Below, piece after piece: positions 1 to 10,095 of a stretch of 64,000 bases of DNA (position 1 is the stretch's first letter; each line of letters opens with the position of its first letter). Source of the stretch: a virus; the IMG/VR virus record IMGVR_UViG_3300043436_005236, positions 10,188 to 74,187 of that record; one strand, written 5' to 3'. The position numbers were made by a program, and so were the translations under genes. The notes below the pieces were generated by a model. The model had not been told where the DNA came from. It saw nothing but the letters and a program-made list of their open reading frames with translations, and ran no database searches.

Positions 1-3000
1 AAGTTAGGCTGCTTGAGTATACTAACATAGTTACTAGGCTCTTGCATAAAATATATTCTTCCAGAACTAAAAAGGATAATATTATCGAAATTACCAGCAG
101 ATCTTGCTACCCGACACGATTTAAATAGATCATCAACAGGCTGTGAAAAATTTACCTGCTTTTTATTTATTATTACGTTTGCGGTTGAGGTATTCGTTTG
201 CACAACATACGATGTAAGAGAATATGTAGAAAGATTAAATGTATAACCAGATATATCTTCAACAACAGTATTTGTTAAAATAGTAGATACAGTTTGTGTT
301 TCTGTATTGTATACCGTTGATGTTAAAACAGATGTAGCTGTATCATAAACAATTGTTGAAAGATATGTTGTAATCGTATTATACAATATCGTTGAAGAGT
401 CTGTACTGAGACTTGTTATAATTGTAACAAGCGAAGATAGATTTACAGAACTCACAACATTAAAACTTACATTAATTGAGCTTGTAGATGTTAAGACTGT
501 AGTTATAGTATTAGCGCTAGTTGTTGAAATTAAAGTTGTAAAAGAGTTTGTACTCAAGCTTGAAACAAGAACGCTAATGCTTGAAGGGACGGTAACAATC
601 GATGTATACCGTGCACTCTCATATAAATCAACATCAACATACGTATTTTTAATTCCTGGCGTTACAGGTAATGCAGCCGACCCGATAGTGTAAAATGTAA
701 GATGGTCGTTACTGCCTTGTATAGTAACAAACGGAGGTGTATAGACGTCATTGACAGTATTAACTAAAACTCTCGCACCGCTTAGCGATATTGGATCTAC
801 CAAATCAATCTCGACAAAACTGTTATTAGAAGTAGCTTCGTTGTCGGTATATAGTGGAACCCAAGGCTTAAGTGAAAGGCTATTATTAGTAGGTATGCTA
901 AATATTTGTGTAGGTGGGTAAGCATAAACCTGTGTATCATTAAAGGATTCTAATTTTCTATAAAAATCGCCCCTTATAATATAATCCAACCTTTGATATT
1001 TTTTTGACCAGCTAGGAGCATTCCTTTTAAACAGAGGCATAAATTCTGTCTTATATGTCGATTCTCTTTGACCTGTTACAGGGTCAGGGCTCGTTATAGT
1101 ATCAATTATTGTAATAGGCTGTGTAAAGGCTTTTTCTGCTTCTGCAGATTGTACTACAGGCTCCCAATTCCACCCTGTAAAACTATCAGTATTTTCGAGC
1201 TTAGGTATATCGAGCGTGACAGAATAAAGACCTGTTAAATTAGATGGTTGTGAAAGTGCTTGTGTATCTCTTCCTTTCACTGCGCTAAGCGCTCCATCTG
1301 TATGCATTAGAATGCGATAATACCTATAAGGTTTGGTTATAGGCGTTGAAACTACCTGTGTTAAAGTATTAACTACATTCCAATAAAATTTCGCATCTTT
1401 AAATTGTACTTGTGTATTATTCCAAAAGTTATTAATAGGTATTTTATTATTATAAACAAAATAATCCGTGTTCGGTACCTCAGTAACTACAATACTCGAA
1501 ATAGGAATATTAAATGTCGACACAGTCTCTACAATACTTGTAGCTGTTCCAGCTACTGCTGATATTATCGGTACATCTATAGTGCTAGCACTTAGCGCAG
1601 TTAATAGGATTGTTTGAGTATAGGAACTTAAAATCTGTACCGGAATTTCAATATTCTGCGTACTAACTGTAGTTAAAAAAGTAACAAAAGTATTAGAACT
1701 AAGACTCGTTATAGGCGAAGTAACAGAACTAGCACTTACACTTGTAATAGTGGTTGTAAGTGTAAGTGTACTTAAAGTAGATACAGTGCTTGTAATAGTT
1801 GTCGTACTAAGACTAGTTAAAGTTGTGTAACTGGTATCCGAGCTAATCCCTGTAACAGTTGTGGTATATGTAGATGTGCTTAATGCTGAAACCGTTGTAT
1901 GTAGCGTTGTTGTACTTAAAGCAGAAATTTGTGATGTTGTCGAAACAACATAATTATCCCACTCTTTTGCTCTATAGGTATTGATATTATTTGAAAAAAT
2001 ATTTTTAACTTGAAATCTACCCACTAGCGTGTTAGGTCTATTAATAAGTTTTTTATATGTATAATGAGATGTACATAAGTACCATATATTGCTATCGCTA
2101 TGTGAAAACGAAATACTTCCTATTGTTTCTTCCCTCTCAAGAACTTCTGGTAAAATATATTCATTACGTAATTTAAAATCACTATCATATACGTATAGCT
2201 TTATAACATTAAACTCAGTTGTTGTAATCACATATAAATTGTTTGTAAGCTGGTTAAACTCTATTGCAGCGAGCGTTTCAGATCTAAGCGGTATACCGCG
2301 TAATTGTTGTATAAAGTTAAAGTTTATATCGTATATTTTGCAAATATAATTGCTCGAATCATATACAACTACATTCTCACTATTACATGATATCTGCTTA
2401 GGCTGCTTAAACCGCGAAGGGTCTGTTACTATCCCCTGACCTCCAATTACCTCGATAAAGTTGCGTCGATTAGCGAGAGCATAATCACCGGTAAAATAAC
2501 CAGCTATTTCGTATTTATAAATAAGATCATTTTTAGAATCTGTTATATAAAGAAACTTATCATTAATAGTAATATCTTCCAAAAATCCAAACGGTAGCTC
2601 GTTTTCGACTGTTTGGATTTTATCAGATACTTCTACAATACTAGCACTTGCGTTATTACAAGTTAATGACACAAAAGCAGTATCTGTAATACCTAGAATA
2701 GCGTACGATTCAAGTTCTGTATTAATCTGCTTAACAACAAACTGCTTAATACCACCTAACGAACTAAAAACAGACGATGCATCAAACGTAACATTACCTT
2801 CAAACGATGTTAAACGTGTAAGTTCTGTATCATTTGCTGTTTTTACCGCTAAAAACGAAACATTGTCTGAAAACGGTATATTATTATTAGCTAGAAAAAG
2901 CCTTGAATATAAATATAAGTTATTTTCATGAAGTTTGTTAATCTTCTCCTTTACTATATTGTAATTAAGGTGATCGTTACTACTAATAGTGACACTTTCG

Positions 3001-3224
3001 CGATTATATGGTAACTCTACAACATCATCAACAACACGATCAAGAAAGTATTTTGAGGTTTTTAAATCTGTAGCAAAGCACTGTATCGGCGTTAGAAGCT
3101 TGCGTGTATCGCTCACACAAGGAATACCATTAATTACCTCAACATAACCCTCAAAAGCCTCCGAATCTAACTGAAACTCGCCTATGTTACTAAAAAATCT
3201 TTTATATTTGCTATAATCTATCAT
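1..3224 (-). CDS. Large virion structural protein (partial, runs off window start): NHL-like beta-propeller region, two Ser/Thr/Val-rich stalk-like segments, discoidin-like central domain
   Basis: Absent from the ORF track, probably because no stop lies in the window. ATG at 3224 overlaps the TGA of the upstream gene (MIDYSKYKRFFSNIGEF...). Segments translated by hand stay open to position 1 (...GRIYFMQEPSNYVSILKQPN). NHL-like motif RFKQPKQISCNSENVVVYDSSN; discoidin-like FVEIDL...TIQGSND and YRYYRI. Confidence 0.75.
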   Translation of the reverse strand, partial: MIDYSKYKRFFSNIGEFQLDSEAFEGYVEVINGIPCVSDTRKLLTPIQCFATDLKTSKYFLDRVVDDVVELPYNRESVTISSNDHLNYNIVKEKINKLHENNLYLYSRLFLANNNIPFSDNVSFLAVKTANDTELTRLTSFEGNVTFDASSVFSSLGGIKQFVVKQINTELESYAILGITDTAFVSLTCNNASASIVEVSDKIQTVENELPFGFLEDITINDKFLYITDSKNDLIYKYEIAGYFTGDYALANRRNFIEVIGGQGIVTDPSRFKQPKQISCNSENVVVYDSSNYICKIYDINFNFIQQLRGIPLRSETLAAIEFNQLTNNLYVITTTEFNVIKLYVYDSDFKLRNEYILPEVLEREETIGSISFSHSDSNIWYLCTSHYTYKKLINRPNTLVGRFQVKNIFSNNINTYRAKEWDNYVVSTTSQISALSTTTLHTTVSALSTSTYTTTVTGISSDTSYTTLTSLSTTTITSTVSTLSTLTLTTTITSVSASSVTSPITSLSSNTFVTFLTTVSTQNIEIPVQILSSYTQTILLTALSASTIDVPIISAVAGTATSIVETVSTFNIPISSIVVTEVPNTDYFVYNNKIPINNFWNNTQVQFKDAKFYWNVVNTLTQVVSTPITKPYRYYRILMHTDGALSAVKGRDTQALSQPSNLTGLYSVTLDIPKLENTDSFTGWNWEPVVQSAEAEKAFTQPITIIDTITSPDPVTGQRESTYKTEFMPLFKRNAPSWSKKYQRLDYIIRGDFYRKLESFNDTQVYAYPPTQIFSIPTNNSLSLKPWVPLYTDNEATSNNSFVEIDLVDPISLSGARVLVNTVNDVYTPPFVTIQGSNDHLTFYTIGSAALPVTPGIKNTYVDVDLYESARYTSIVTVPSSISVLVSSLSTNSFTTLISTTSANTITTVLTSTSSINVSFNVVSSVNLSSLVTIITSLSTDSSTILYNTITTYLSTIVYDTATSVLTSTVYNTETQTVSTILTNTVVEDISGYTFNLSTYSLTSYVVQTNTSTANVIINKKQVNFSQPVDDLFKSCRVARSAGNFDNIILFSSGRIYFMQEPSNYVSILKQPN

Positions 3225-6200
3225 CTGCTATCAAGAAAATTTATATTATTAATACTAATACCTATAGGTAGTAGGCTTCTTACCTGCTCAAACACCACAT
3301 TGCGAATATCATTACGTATATTTTCATTTGCTATACTTAAATTTTTAATATTAATATCGATATTTTTAGAAGAATTATCATTAGAGTATTTAAACACGCG
3401 TTCTATTTCTTCAATATTATTCCGCTGACCGCAAGGAATAGATAAAACAAGATCGTTAATTGTTGTATCATGTAAACTTATTGCTATTATTTCATCATCT
3501 CTAACCGCTCTATCATAAATAAACAAATTCTTCATTTCAAGTCCGTTAATGAAGTATGAACCTGGCTGACGTAGATATGTTGCGAGATCTACTCCGTTAT
3601 AAAATCCTGTTGTACCGATAAAGATATCATCTGCAAATATATTTTGTATTTTATATTTACCAGGCGATACAGCAAGATTCTTATACTGTACACCATCAAC
3701 AAAAAGTGTTATGTTTCCTTGTATCGAGTCGAATCTATATGTAAAGGTATGGTAGCCTATATCTATATCTTGTAAATTAAAAATAATATTTTTATTAATA
3801 ACATCTTCGGTGTTTAAATAATTAACAAGTGTTAAATTAAATCTAAGCGCGTTATTAATTTCTGTCGTTGCAATATAATTAAAATTTGTCTGTGGATGCC
3901 TAGCACCAACCCCCGGAGGTGTTTTTATCGCATATTGTGCTGAGAGTCCTAAACTATACGGTGTGATATTAACATCACCTTCTTCTGGTTGTACGAGGGC
4001 TAAATGTAGGTTATTCGTTCGGTCAAGAAGAAGTAAGCTTAGCGAGGTAAGCCGTTCCGGTAAGCTATAATCTGCCTTAACAAAGTCTACTCCTAAAATT
4101 TTACTACCCGATAATATATCATTAGTATTAGATAGCGCTATATCGTAAAGCTTTCTTCTTTTATCAGAAAATAATGTCACGTTATCACCCCACGCAATAG
4201 CTATATTTTTTTCATCATCAATATTAAAGTCAGTAATAGCGTAATTAGACTTCGCAAAAGTATCAAGAACATTTGTCTTGAGATCATATCGAATCAAAGA
4301 GCGACCTGACTGAACATAAAAAATCTTGCTAGAATTATATGCATCAAATTTTACCCTATCACCTGGCACATAATAATATATATCATTATACTTTATAATA
4401 CTTTGAGCGTAGTTTTCTATTAACGGTAAGTCTTTATAAATCGTAAGAGGCTCTGCATTAAAATACGATACTATCTGTAAACTATATTTACGAACCTGTA
4501 TGCATGCTCCGGCCTCATTAACAAGAAAAGTAATAGTCTCATCATCTTGGTGAAAGTTTTTATAGCCGACAATCTCAGGTAAAATTTCAAGCTTAACTTT
4601 ATTTCCGAGTGCATTAACTTTATAAATGTAACCATCATTACACGCAACATAAAAATCTTCTAGTGGCTTGTTAATAATAAGATCACGTATAGGCTTATCA
4701 AACGTAGTCTGTGAGAGTAAGACATAATCGGTGTTATAAATATATAGTTTCTCTTTATTACGTACATATATAAACGGAGTTATAACTACATCGTTTTGTA
4801 CACCGAAGCCATGTGATGTCTTATTACCGAGTATTTGATAACCGTAAGACTTATCTGGGTTAACATAAAGCTCAAACGATATAGTAAACTGGCTGGTGTT
4901 GTTAATCTCTGCTACGCTGTATCTATTATATTTTGTAGAGTCGTAGAGTATACTAGTTCCTTCAAAAGGAACTATATTATTTTTCGTATTATAGTAACTT
5001 GTAATACCGTATACATACGGGCTAGACAAACGAACCACCTGTTTGAAGTCCTGGCTATCCAATCTTTGATACATCATTTTAGCATTCGGCTCCAGACATA
5101 CATCGCTTGTTTTATCAAAAAATGCTTCTTTGGCGACATCAGATGCATAGCGTCTTATAACAGTAGTATCTACATCGTTTAAAAACGACGCTCTAAAATT
5201 TTGTGCAGTAAGAGCTGCTTCTTTTGTAATAGCGTCAGGGTAATAATACCGATCTACCCACAATCCTGATGCTTGTAGGTTATTTGCTGACAGCCATGTA
5301 CATAAATACCGACCATTATTACTTTGGGTGGTGTCTTTTCTTTTTAAAAACACCTTATCAGAAAATAGCGGTGATGGACCGCCTAAACTACCATTTAATA
5401 CAAACCTAGAATCGTTTATATTTAACTTATCATATGGGTATATAGAAGAAGGTACGGTGAAGTATGTATCAGTACCGTTTTTTATTTTTATATCTTTATC
5501 GTAAAAAACGTAATTAAGACTTATATTGTCATTGCCCTTTTCTTGATCGTTTCCCGTATGCAATGTTGTATATTCACGAAAATCTGCATCAGGGGTGTTG
5601 TATTTATCTGTAAAAAGATTAGATCCACGCTTTATAAAGCCTTTTTCAGAGCGATCTGTGTTTAATGTTAGGTAATTGAGATTTAAATTAGATGGGTCGT
5701 TGTACGCAGTGTGTAGAAGGTACTGACCTGGCCTATTGTAACTTGAGCGCTCGTCATCTGGTGTTAAGGTATTGACTTTATTTTTATCATAACCAACCCA
5801 ACTCGAATTACCCTTTAATTCAATCTTATTAAAAGCATAATTAATACGAATAAGCGTATTGCTTGACTTATTCAAAGTATTGCCAATTATCGGAATAAGT
5901 GTAAGCTTCGTGCCACTCAATGATAGTATTTTAATTTCATCGTCAACACGCTTAAATAGTTGTAAATAGCCATCATCGTCTACAAGATATCTAAACATAT
6001 CGCTACGTTCAGATGTAAGTGGTATACTTTCCGATCTATAGTTAAAAAATGCAATTTGATCTTCATTTACTGCATTAAGGAAAAAATCATATTTACCATT
6101 ATTGTGTTTTATACGTAAAAATTCATTACTTAAGAACTCTATTTCAAAATAAATATTATTTAAAAAAGTCGTACATAAAGAAGGTGTCACGGTATATGGC

Positions 6201-6553
6201 CGTGCTGCATCTGTCGCAGACAGACCTGTTGTACTATAGATATACAAATATTTAAAATTATCGGCACCGTGTAGGGGGTTAAAAATGAGCGGCGATGTAA
6301 TATTATTACGAGTATTATCCTTTACATCATAAGAAAAAACATCACTGTGAAGGCGCTTATTTGTAATATACTGCGAGGTATAATTGTTTATCGTTGTATC
6401 GTTTATACCAGAAAGGGCGTCAATTTCGTTAAGTGTAAATCCCTGCTCATATGTTGTTTTTTGCTGTTTATAGGTAAAAAACGAATCATTATATGTTGCT
6501 GTGGGAGTTAATATTGAAGCAACGCTATATATATCTAGAGTATCCACTACCAT
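3221..6553 (-). CDS. Large virion/baseplate-associated protein with a LamG/concanavalin-like domain interrupted by a probable beta-propeller
   Basis: 1110 aa. LamG-type motifs FTISFELYV, YHTFTYRFD...ITLFVDG, DIFIG, NLFIYDRAV; the intervening beta-rich repeats resemble propeller blades. Confidence 0.6.
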   Translation of the reverse strand: MVVDTLDIYSVASILTPTATYNDSFFTYKQQKTTYEQGFTLNEIDALSGINDTTINNYTSQYITNKRLHSDVFSYDVKDNTRNNITSPLIFNPLHGADNFKYLYIYSTTGLSATDAARPYTVTPSLCTTFLNNIYFEIEFLSNEFLRIKHNNGKYDFFLNAVNEDQIAFFNYRSESIPLTSERSDMFRYLVDDDGYLQLFKRVDDEIKILSLSGTKLTLIPIIGNTLNKSSNTLIRINYAFNKIELKGNSSWVGYDKNKVNTLTPDDERSSYNRPGQYLLHTAYNDPSNLNLNYLTLNTDRSEKGFIKRGSNLFTDKYNTPDADFREYTTLHTGNDQEKGNDNISLNYVFYDKDIKIKNGTDTYFTVPSSIYPYDKLNINDSRFVLNGSLGGPSPLFSDKVFLKRKDTTQSNNGRYLCTWLSANNLQASGLWVDRYYYPDAITKEAALTAQNFRASFLNDVDTTVIRRYASDVAKEAFFDKTSDVCLEPNAKMMYQRLDSQDFKQVVRLSSPYVYGITSYYNTKNNIVPFEGTSILYDSTKYNRYSVAEINNTSQFTISFELYVNPDKSYGYQILGNKTSHGFGVQNDVVITPFIYVRNKEKLYIYNTDYVLLSQTTFDKPIRDLIINKPLEDFYVACNDGYIYKVNALGNKVKLEILPEIVGYKNFHQDDETITFLVNEAGACIQVRKYSLQIVSYFNAEPLTIYKDLPLIENYAQSIIKYNDIYYYVPGDRVKFDAYNSSKIFYVQSGRSLIRYDLKTNVLDTFAKSNYAITDFNIDDEKNIAIAWGDNVTLFSDKRRKLYDIALSNTNDILSGSKILGVDFVKADYSLPERLTSLSLLLLDRTNNLHLALVQPEEGDVNITPYSLGLSAQYAIKTPPGVGARHPQTNFNYIATTEINNALRFNLTLVNYLNTEDVINKNIIFNLQDIDIGYHTFTYRFDSIQGNITLFVDGVQYKNLAVSPGKYKIQNIFADDIFIGTTGFYNGVDLATYLRQPGSYFINGLEMKNLFIYDRAVRDDEIIAISLHDTTINDLVLSIPCGQRNNIEEIERVFKYSNDNSSKNIDINIKNLSIANENIRNDIRNVVFEQVRSLLPIGISINNINFLDSR

Positions 6554-6625
6554 TATTTATGTGTATGAAAGTTTTTAGTGTGGTAATTTTTCGGTACCCA
6601 TATAAATAGTTTGAGATTTATAAAT

Positions 6626-7882
6626 ATGGCCAAAAAAAAATCACAGCCAACAATTTTTATACAAATTGCAGCGTATAGAGATCCACAATTGCAGCCTACA
6701 ATAGAAGATTGTATCTCAAAAGCTAAAGCTCCTAAAAATTTACGCTTTTGCATTGCATGGCAGCATGCTCCGGAAGATGTTTTACCTGAAGATTATTTTA
6801 ATGACTCGCGATTTAAAATTATCGATATACCCTATCAAGAGAGTAAAGGCGCGTGCTGGGCGCGCAATCAAATTCAGCAGCATTATAACGGTGAAACATA
6901 TACATTGCAGCTAGATAGTCACCATCGGTTTGTACAAGACTGGGATCAACAACTGATCGATATGCTTGAAGGTCTTAGAAAAAAAGGTCACAAAAAACCT
7001 TTGTTAACCGGTTATATTTCAAGCTTTGACCCTGATAACGACCCAGCTGGCCGTGTTGATGCGCCGTGGAAGATGGATTTTGATAGATTTATACCAGAAG
7101 GTGCAATATTCTTCCTACCAGCTACAATACCAGCAGAGCAACGACACGAGCCCGTGCCTTCACGATTCTATTCAGCACACTTCTGTTTTACTGATGGTAT
7201 TTTCTGTAAAGAAGTGCCACATGACCCCGAATATTACTTCCACGGTGAAGAAATATCTATTGCTGTACGAGCATTTACATGGGGCTATGATCTATTTCAC
7301 CCCAATAAAGTTATTGCTTGGCACGAATACACGAGAAAAGGTAGAACAAAGCAGTGGGACGATGACAAAGATTGGGGTATTCGCAATGAAAAATGCCATT
7401 TAAAGAACAGAAAGTTATTTGAGATGGATGGTGAGGTTCGTGATATAGATTTTGGTATATATGGATTCGGACCGGTAAGAACACTGCAAGAATATGAACA
7501 CTATGCAGGTATAAGCTTTAAGAAAAGAGCTATTCAACGCGAGACATATAACCACATACCACCACCAAATCCACAATACAAGACGCAAGAAGAATTCGAA
7601 GCCTCGCTGCTTCATATCTTTAAGCACTGTATTGATATTACCTATACGCAGGTACCTGAAAAGGATTATGAGTTTTGGGTTGTTGCGTTCCACGATGAAA
7701 AAGACGATACTCTTTATAGGAAAGATGCACATATTGATGAAATTAATAATATGATGCAGGATCCTGACGGGTATTGTAAAATTTGGAGAGACTTCCAAAC
7801 AACCTCTAAACCAAAATATTGGGTTGTATGGCCATATAGCACATCAAAAGGATGGTGTGATAGAATAACCGGTAATTTATAA
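6626..7882 (+). CDS. Polypeptide GlcNAc-transferase-like glycosyltransferase (GT60 / Pfam 'GlcNAc', Skp1 Gnt1-like)
   Basis: Motifs IFIQIAAYRD, SKGACWARN, LQLDSHHRFVQDWD (DSH metal motif), FYSAHFCF, VPHDP, FHGEE, RAFTWGYDLF, WHEY. ATG at 6626 preferred over TTG at 6611. Confidence 0.85.
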   Translation: MAKKKSQPTIFIQIAAYRDPQLQPTIEDCISKAKAPKNLRFCIAWQHAPEDVLPEDYFNDSRFKIIDIPYQESKGACWARNQIQQHYNGETYTLQLDSHHRFVQDWDQQLIDMLEGLRKKGHKKPLLTGYISSFDPDNDPAGRVDAPWKMDFDRFIPEGAIFFLPATIPAEQRHEPVPSRFYSAHFCFTDGIFCKEVPHDPEYYFHGEEISIAVRAFTWGYDLFHPNKVIAWHEYTRKGRTKQWDDDKDWGIRNEKCHLKNRKLFEMDGEVRDIDFGIYGFGPVRTLQEYEHYAGISFKKRAIQRETYNHIPPPNPQYKTQEEFEASLLHIFKHCIDITYTQVPEKDYEFWVVAFHDEKDDTLYRKDAHIDEINNMMQDPDGYCKIWRDFQTTSKPKYWVVWPYSTSKGWCDRITGNL

Positions 7883-7885
7883 AAT

Positions 7886-9148
7886 ATGAAGATAGTTGTT
7901 TGTCAATATTACACTTCAAATATTTCTTATGGTAAATTTTCTGAAGAAATTAATAAAAAATATTGTGAAGATAATGGTTATGTTTATTATCTTGAAAAAG
8001 ATGGTAATAAAATAAAAAATAAAATAGGTTCTCGTTCGTGTCATTGGTATAAACCTTTTTTAATTGAGGAAGTTTTTAATTCACATCCTGATTGTGAGTA
8101 TATCTTATTCATGGATATTGATGCAGTTTTCTGTAATAATAAGAGACAAATTGAAGAATTTATTACTAATGACTTTAGTATATTAATGACTGAAGATCAC
8201 GGACCATCACTAGTTAATTCTGGTGTTATGTTAATAAAAAATAATCAATTCTCTAAAGATTTTATAAAAGATTGGTGGAATATATGTGAAGAATATCCTT
8301 TGTATAAAGAAGGCTTGTGGCATGATCAAACATGTATTGGTTTATGGTATAACAGACAAGAAAATACTAATGAATTTAAAATAATTCCAAATGACGATTT
8401 TAACGCTAGAGAATATAAATCCGATAAATTTATCTTCCATGCGTTTTCATATGGTATGTTACCCAATAGAACTATAGATTCAATCTATTACGACAAATTT
8501 AATATTGATAAACAATTCCAAGATAAAAATTTATATGAGATTGGTGAATATTTTGGGACCGATAAACAATATCTTCACAACTATTACAACAGATTTTATC
8601 AAAAATTATTACAACCGTATCAAGAAAAATGTGATATTTTAGAAATCGGTGTTTTAGATGGTGCGTCACTAAATGTTTGGAACGAATATTTTGATGAAGG
8701 GGTTATTCATGGTATTGATATTAATAATTACCAATCAGATATTGAGAGGGTTAGGATGTTTAATGTAGACCAATCTAATGAAGATTCTTTATATGATTTC
8801 TCAAACAATGGATTTATGTATGATGTAATTATTGATGATGGTTCTCATAAAATGAACGATGTTCAAATTACCGCACAGATTTTATTCGAGAATGTTAAAT
8901 CGGGTGGTGTACTAGTAATTGAAGATTTACAAACATCGTTAGAGTGTAGAATGCCGTCAAAGGCGGTATTTGGCTGGGGGGACCCGACTAAAACAACAGC
9001 GTTAGACATGTTAAATAGTATTATTAATGGTAATCCATATACCGATTATAAAACAGAAAGGTGGGAATCTTTCCTAAACAATATAGAATCAATTCAAATA
9101 TCTAACGATAGAGACGATTCAATCTACGCAATTATTATAAAAAAATGA
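7886..9148 (+). CDS. Fusion: GT34-like (GMA12/MNN10) glycosyltransferase + class I SAM-dependent, probably sugar O-, methyltransferase
   Basis: N-terminal W-x-K, ILFMDIDAVF (DxD), NSGVMLIKN, WHDQT. C-terminal TDK..HNY, ILEIGVLDGAS, GIDI, DVIIDDGSH, GGVLVIED. Confidence 0.8.
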   Translation: MKIVVCQYYTSNISYGKFSEEINKKYCEDNGYVYYLEKDGNKIKNKIGSRSCHWYKPFLIEEVFNSHPDCEYILFMDIDAVFCNNKRQIEEFITNDFSILMTEDHGPSLVNSGVMLIKNNQFSKDFIKDWWNICEEYPLYKEGLWHDQTCIGLWYNRQENTNEFKIIPNDDFNAREYKSDKFIFHAFSYGMLPNRTIDSIYYDKFNIDKQFQDKNLYEIGEYFGTDKQYLHNYYNRFYQKLLQPYQEKCDILEIGVLDGASLNVWNEYFDEGVIHGIDINNYQSDIERVRMFNVDQSNEDSLYDFSNNGFMYDVIIDDGSHKMNDVQITAQILFENVKSGGVLVIEDLQTSLECRMPSKAVFGWGDPTKTTALDMLNSIINGNPYTDYKTERWESFLNNIESIQISNDRDDSIYAIIIKK

Positions 9149-10092
9149 ATGCAATAGTATATCATATTTTTTGTGTTGGTGATTACTTAAATGTTGTAAA
9201 ATCACAAGTAGAGAAATTAAAAGTATCAGGATTATATGATTGGTGCGATACTTTAGAGGTATCTTGTGTGGACTTAGAAGGTAAATATCAAGGTATTGAT
9301 GAAATCTTTAATGGAATGAATAAAGTTAATTTATTCAAAACAAATCAAAACACTTACGAGTATTGGGGTATTAATAAAGTTTGGGAATTATCACAAGAAA
9401 ATGATGGTAAAGTATTTTATTTTCACGCGAAAGGTGTATCAAATACCTACAAAAATTTAGTAACCAAAGAAATTTCAAATTGGAAAGTTGAGGGTATTAA
9501 AATTTGGAGGGATGCTTTAGAATATTACCTTATAGATAACTTTCAAAAATGTATTGATGATTTAAATGAACACGATACTTGTGGTATGACTTGTGTTGGT
9601 AATTGGTTTTGGGGTAATTTTTGGTGGGCTAATTTGTCATTTGTTAGAGGGAATGATAAACCTGTTCATGGAGATAGATGGTATTTTGAGAATTGGTTAC
9701 ATCATGCTAGACATTATAAATCCAAAGAATATTTTCATTTTGAGTGGAACCCCTACTTTTCAAATTTACCAATAAATGCTTATATAGACTTAGAATTTTT
9801 TAAGAATAAAGAGATTGAGGTGTTAAATGGTTTATTTGGTACAACAGGAATTCAATTAGACGAAGGGTATCCTTCAGAAATCCCGATACAACAAAATGAT
9901 GTAACAGAACTAATTGTTGATAATTTAAAAAGTAATAATGGTAAGTTTATTAATTTACGTGTGGATACTAACATTATGGGTGAACCAATTCATGATATGA
10001 GAAAATTTCTAATTATGATGATTAAAATTGGTAGTGAAACCTATAGAATTGCATATAATGAAAACTTTAATGTAAGTTTAAAATTTGAGTAA
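9145..10092 (+). CDS. Putative glycan-modifying/glycosyltransferase-like protein
   Basis: Overlaps the upstream stop (ATGA-type coupling). Motifs YHIFC, FYFHAKG, GNFWWA, DRWYFENW are typical of GT-cluster proteins in large phages; function inferred from context. Confidence 0.5.
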   Translation: MNAIVYHIFCVGDYLNVVKSQVEKLKVSGLYDWCDTLEVSCVDLEGKYQGIDEIFNGMNKVNLFKTNQNTYEYWGINKVWELSQENDGKVFYFHAKGVSNTYKNLVTKEISNWKVEGIKIWRDALEYYLIDNFQKCIDDLNEHDTCGMTCVGNWFWGNFWWANLSFVRGNDKPVHGDRWYFENWLHHARHYKSKEYFHFEWNPYFSNLPINAYIDLEFFKNKEIEVLNGLFGTTGIQLDEGYPSEIPIQQNDVTELIVDNLKSNNGKFINLRVDTNIMGEPIHDMRKFLIMMIKIGSETYRIAYNENFNVSLKFE

Positions 10093-10095
10093 AAT

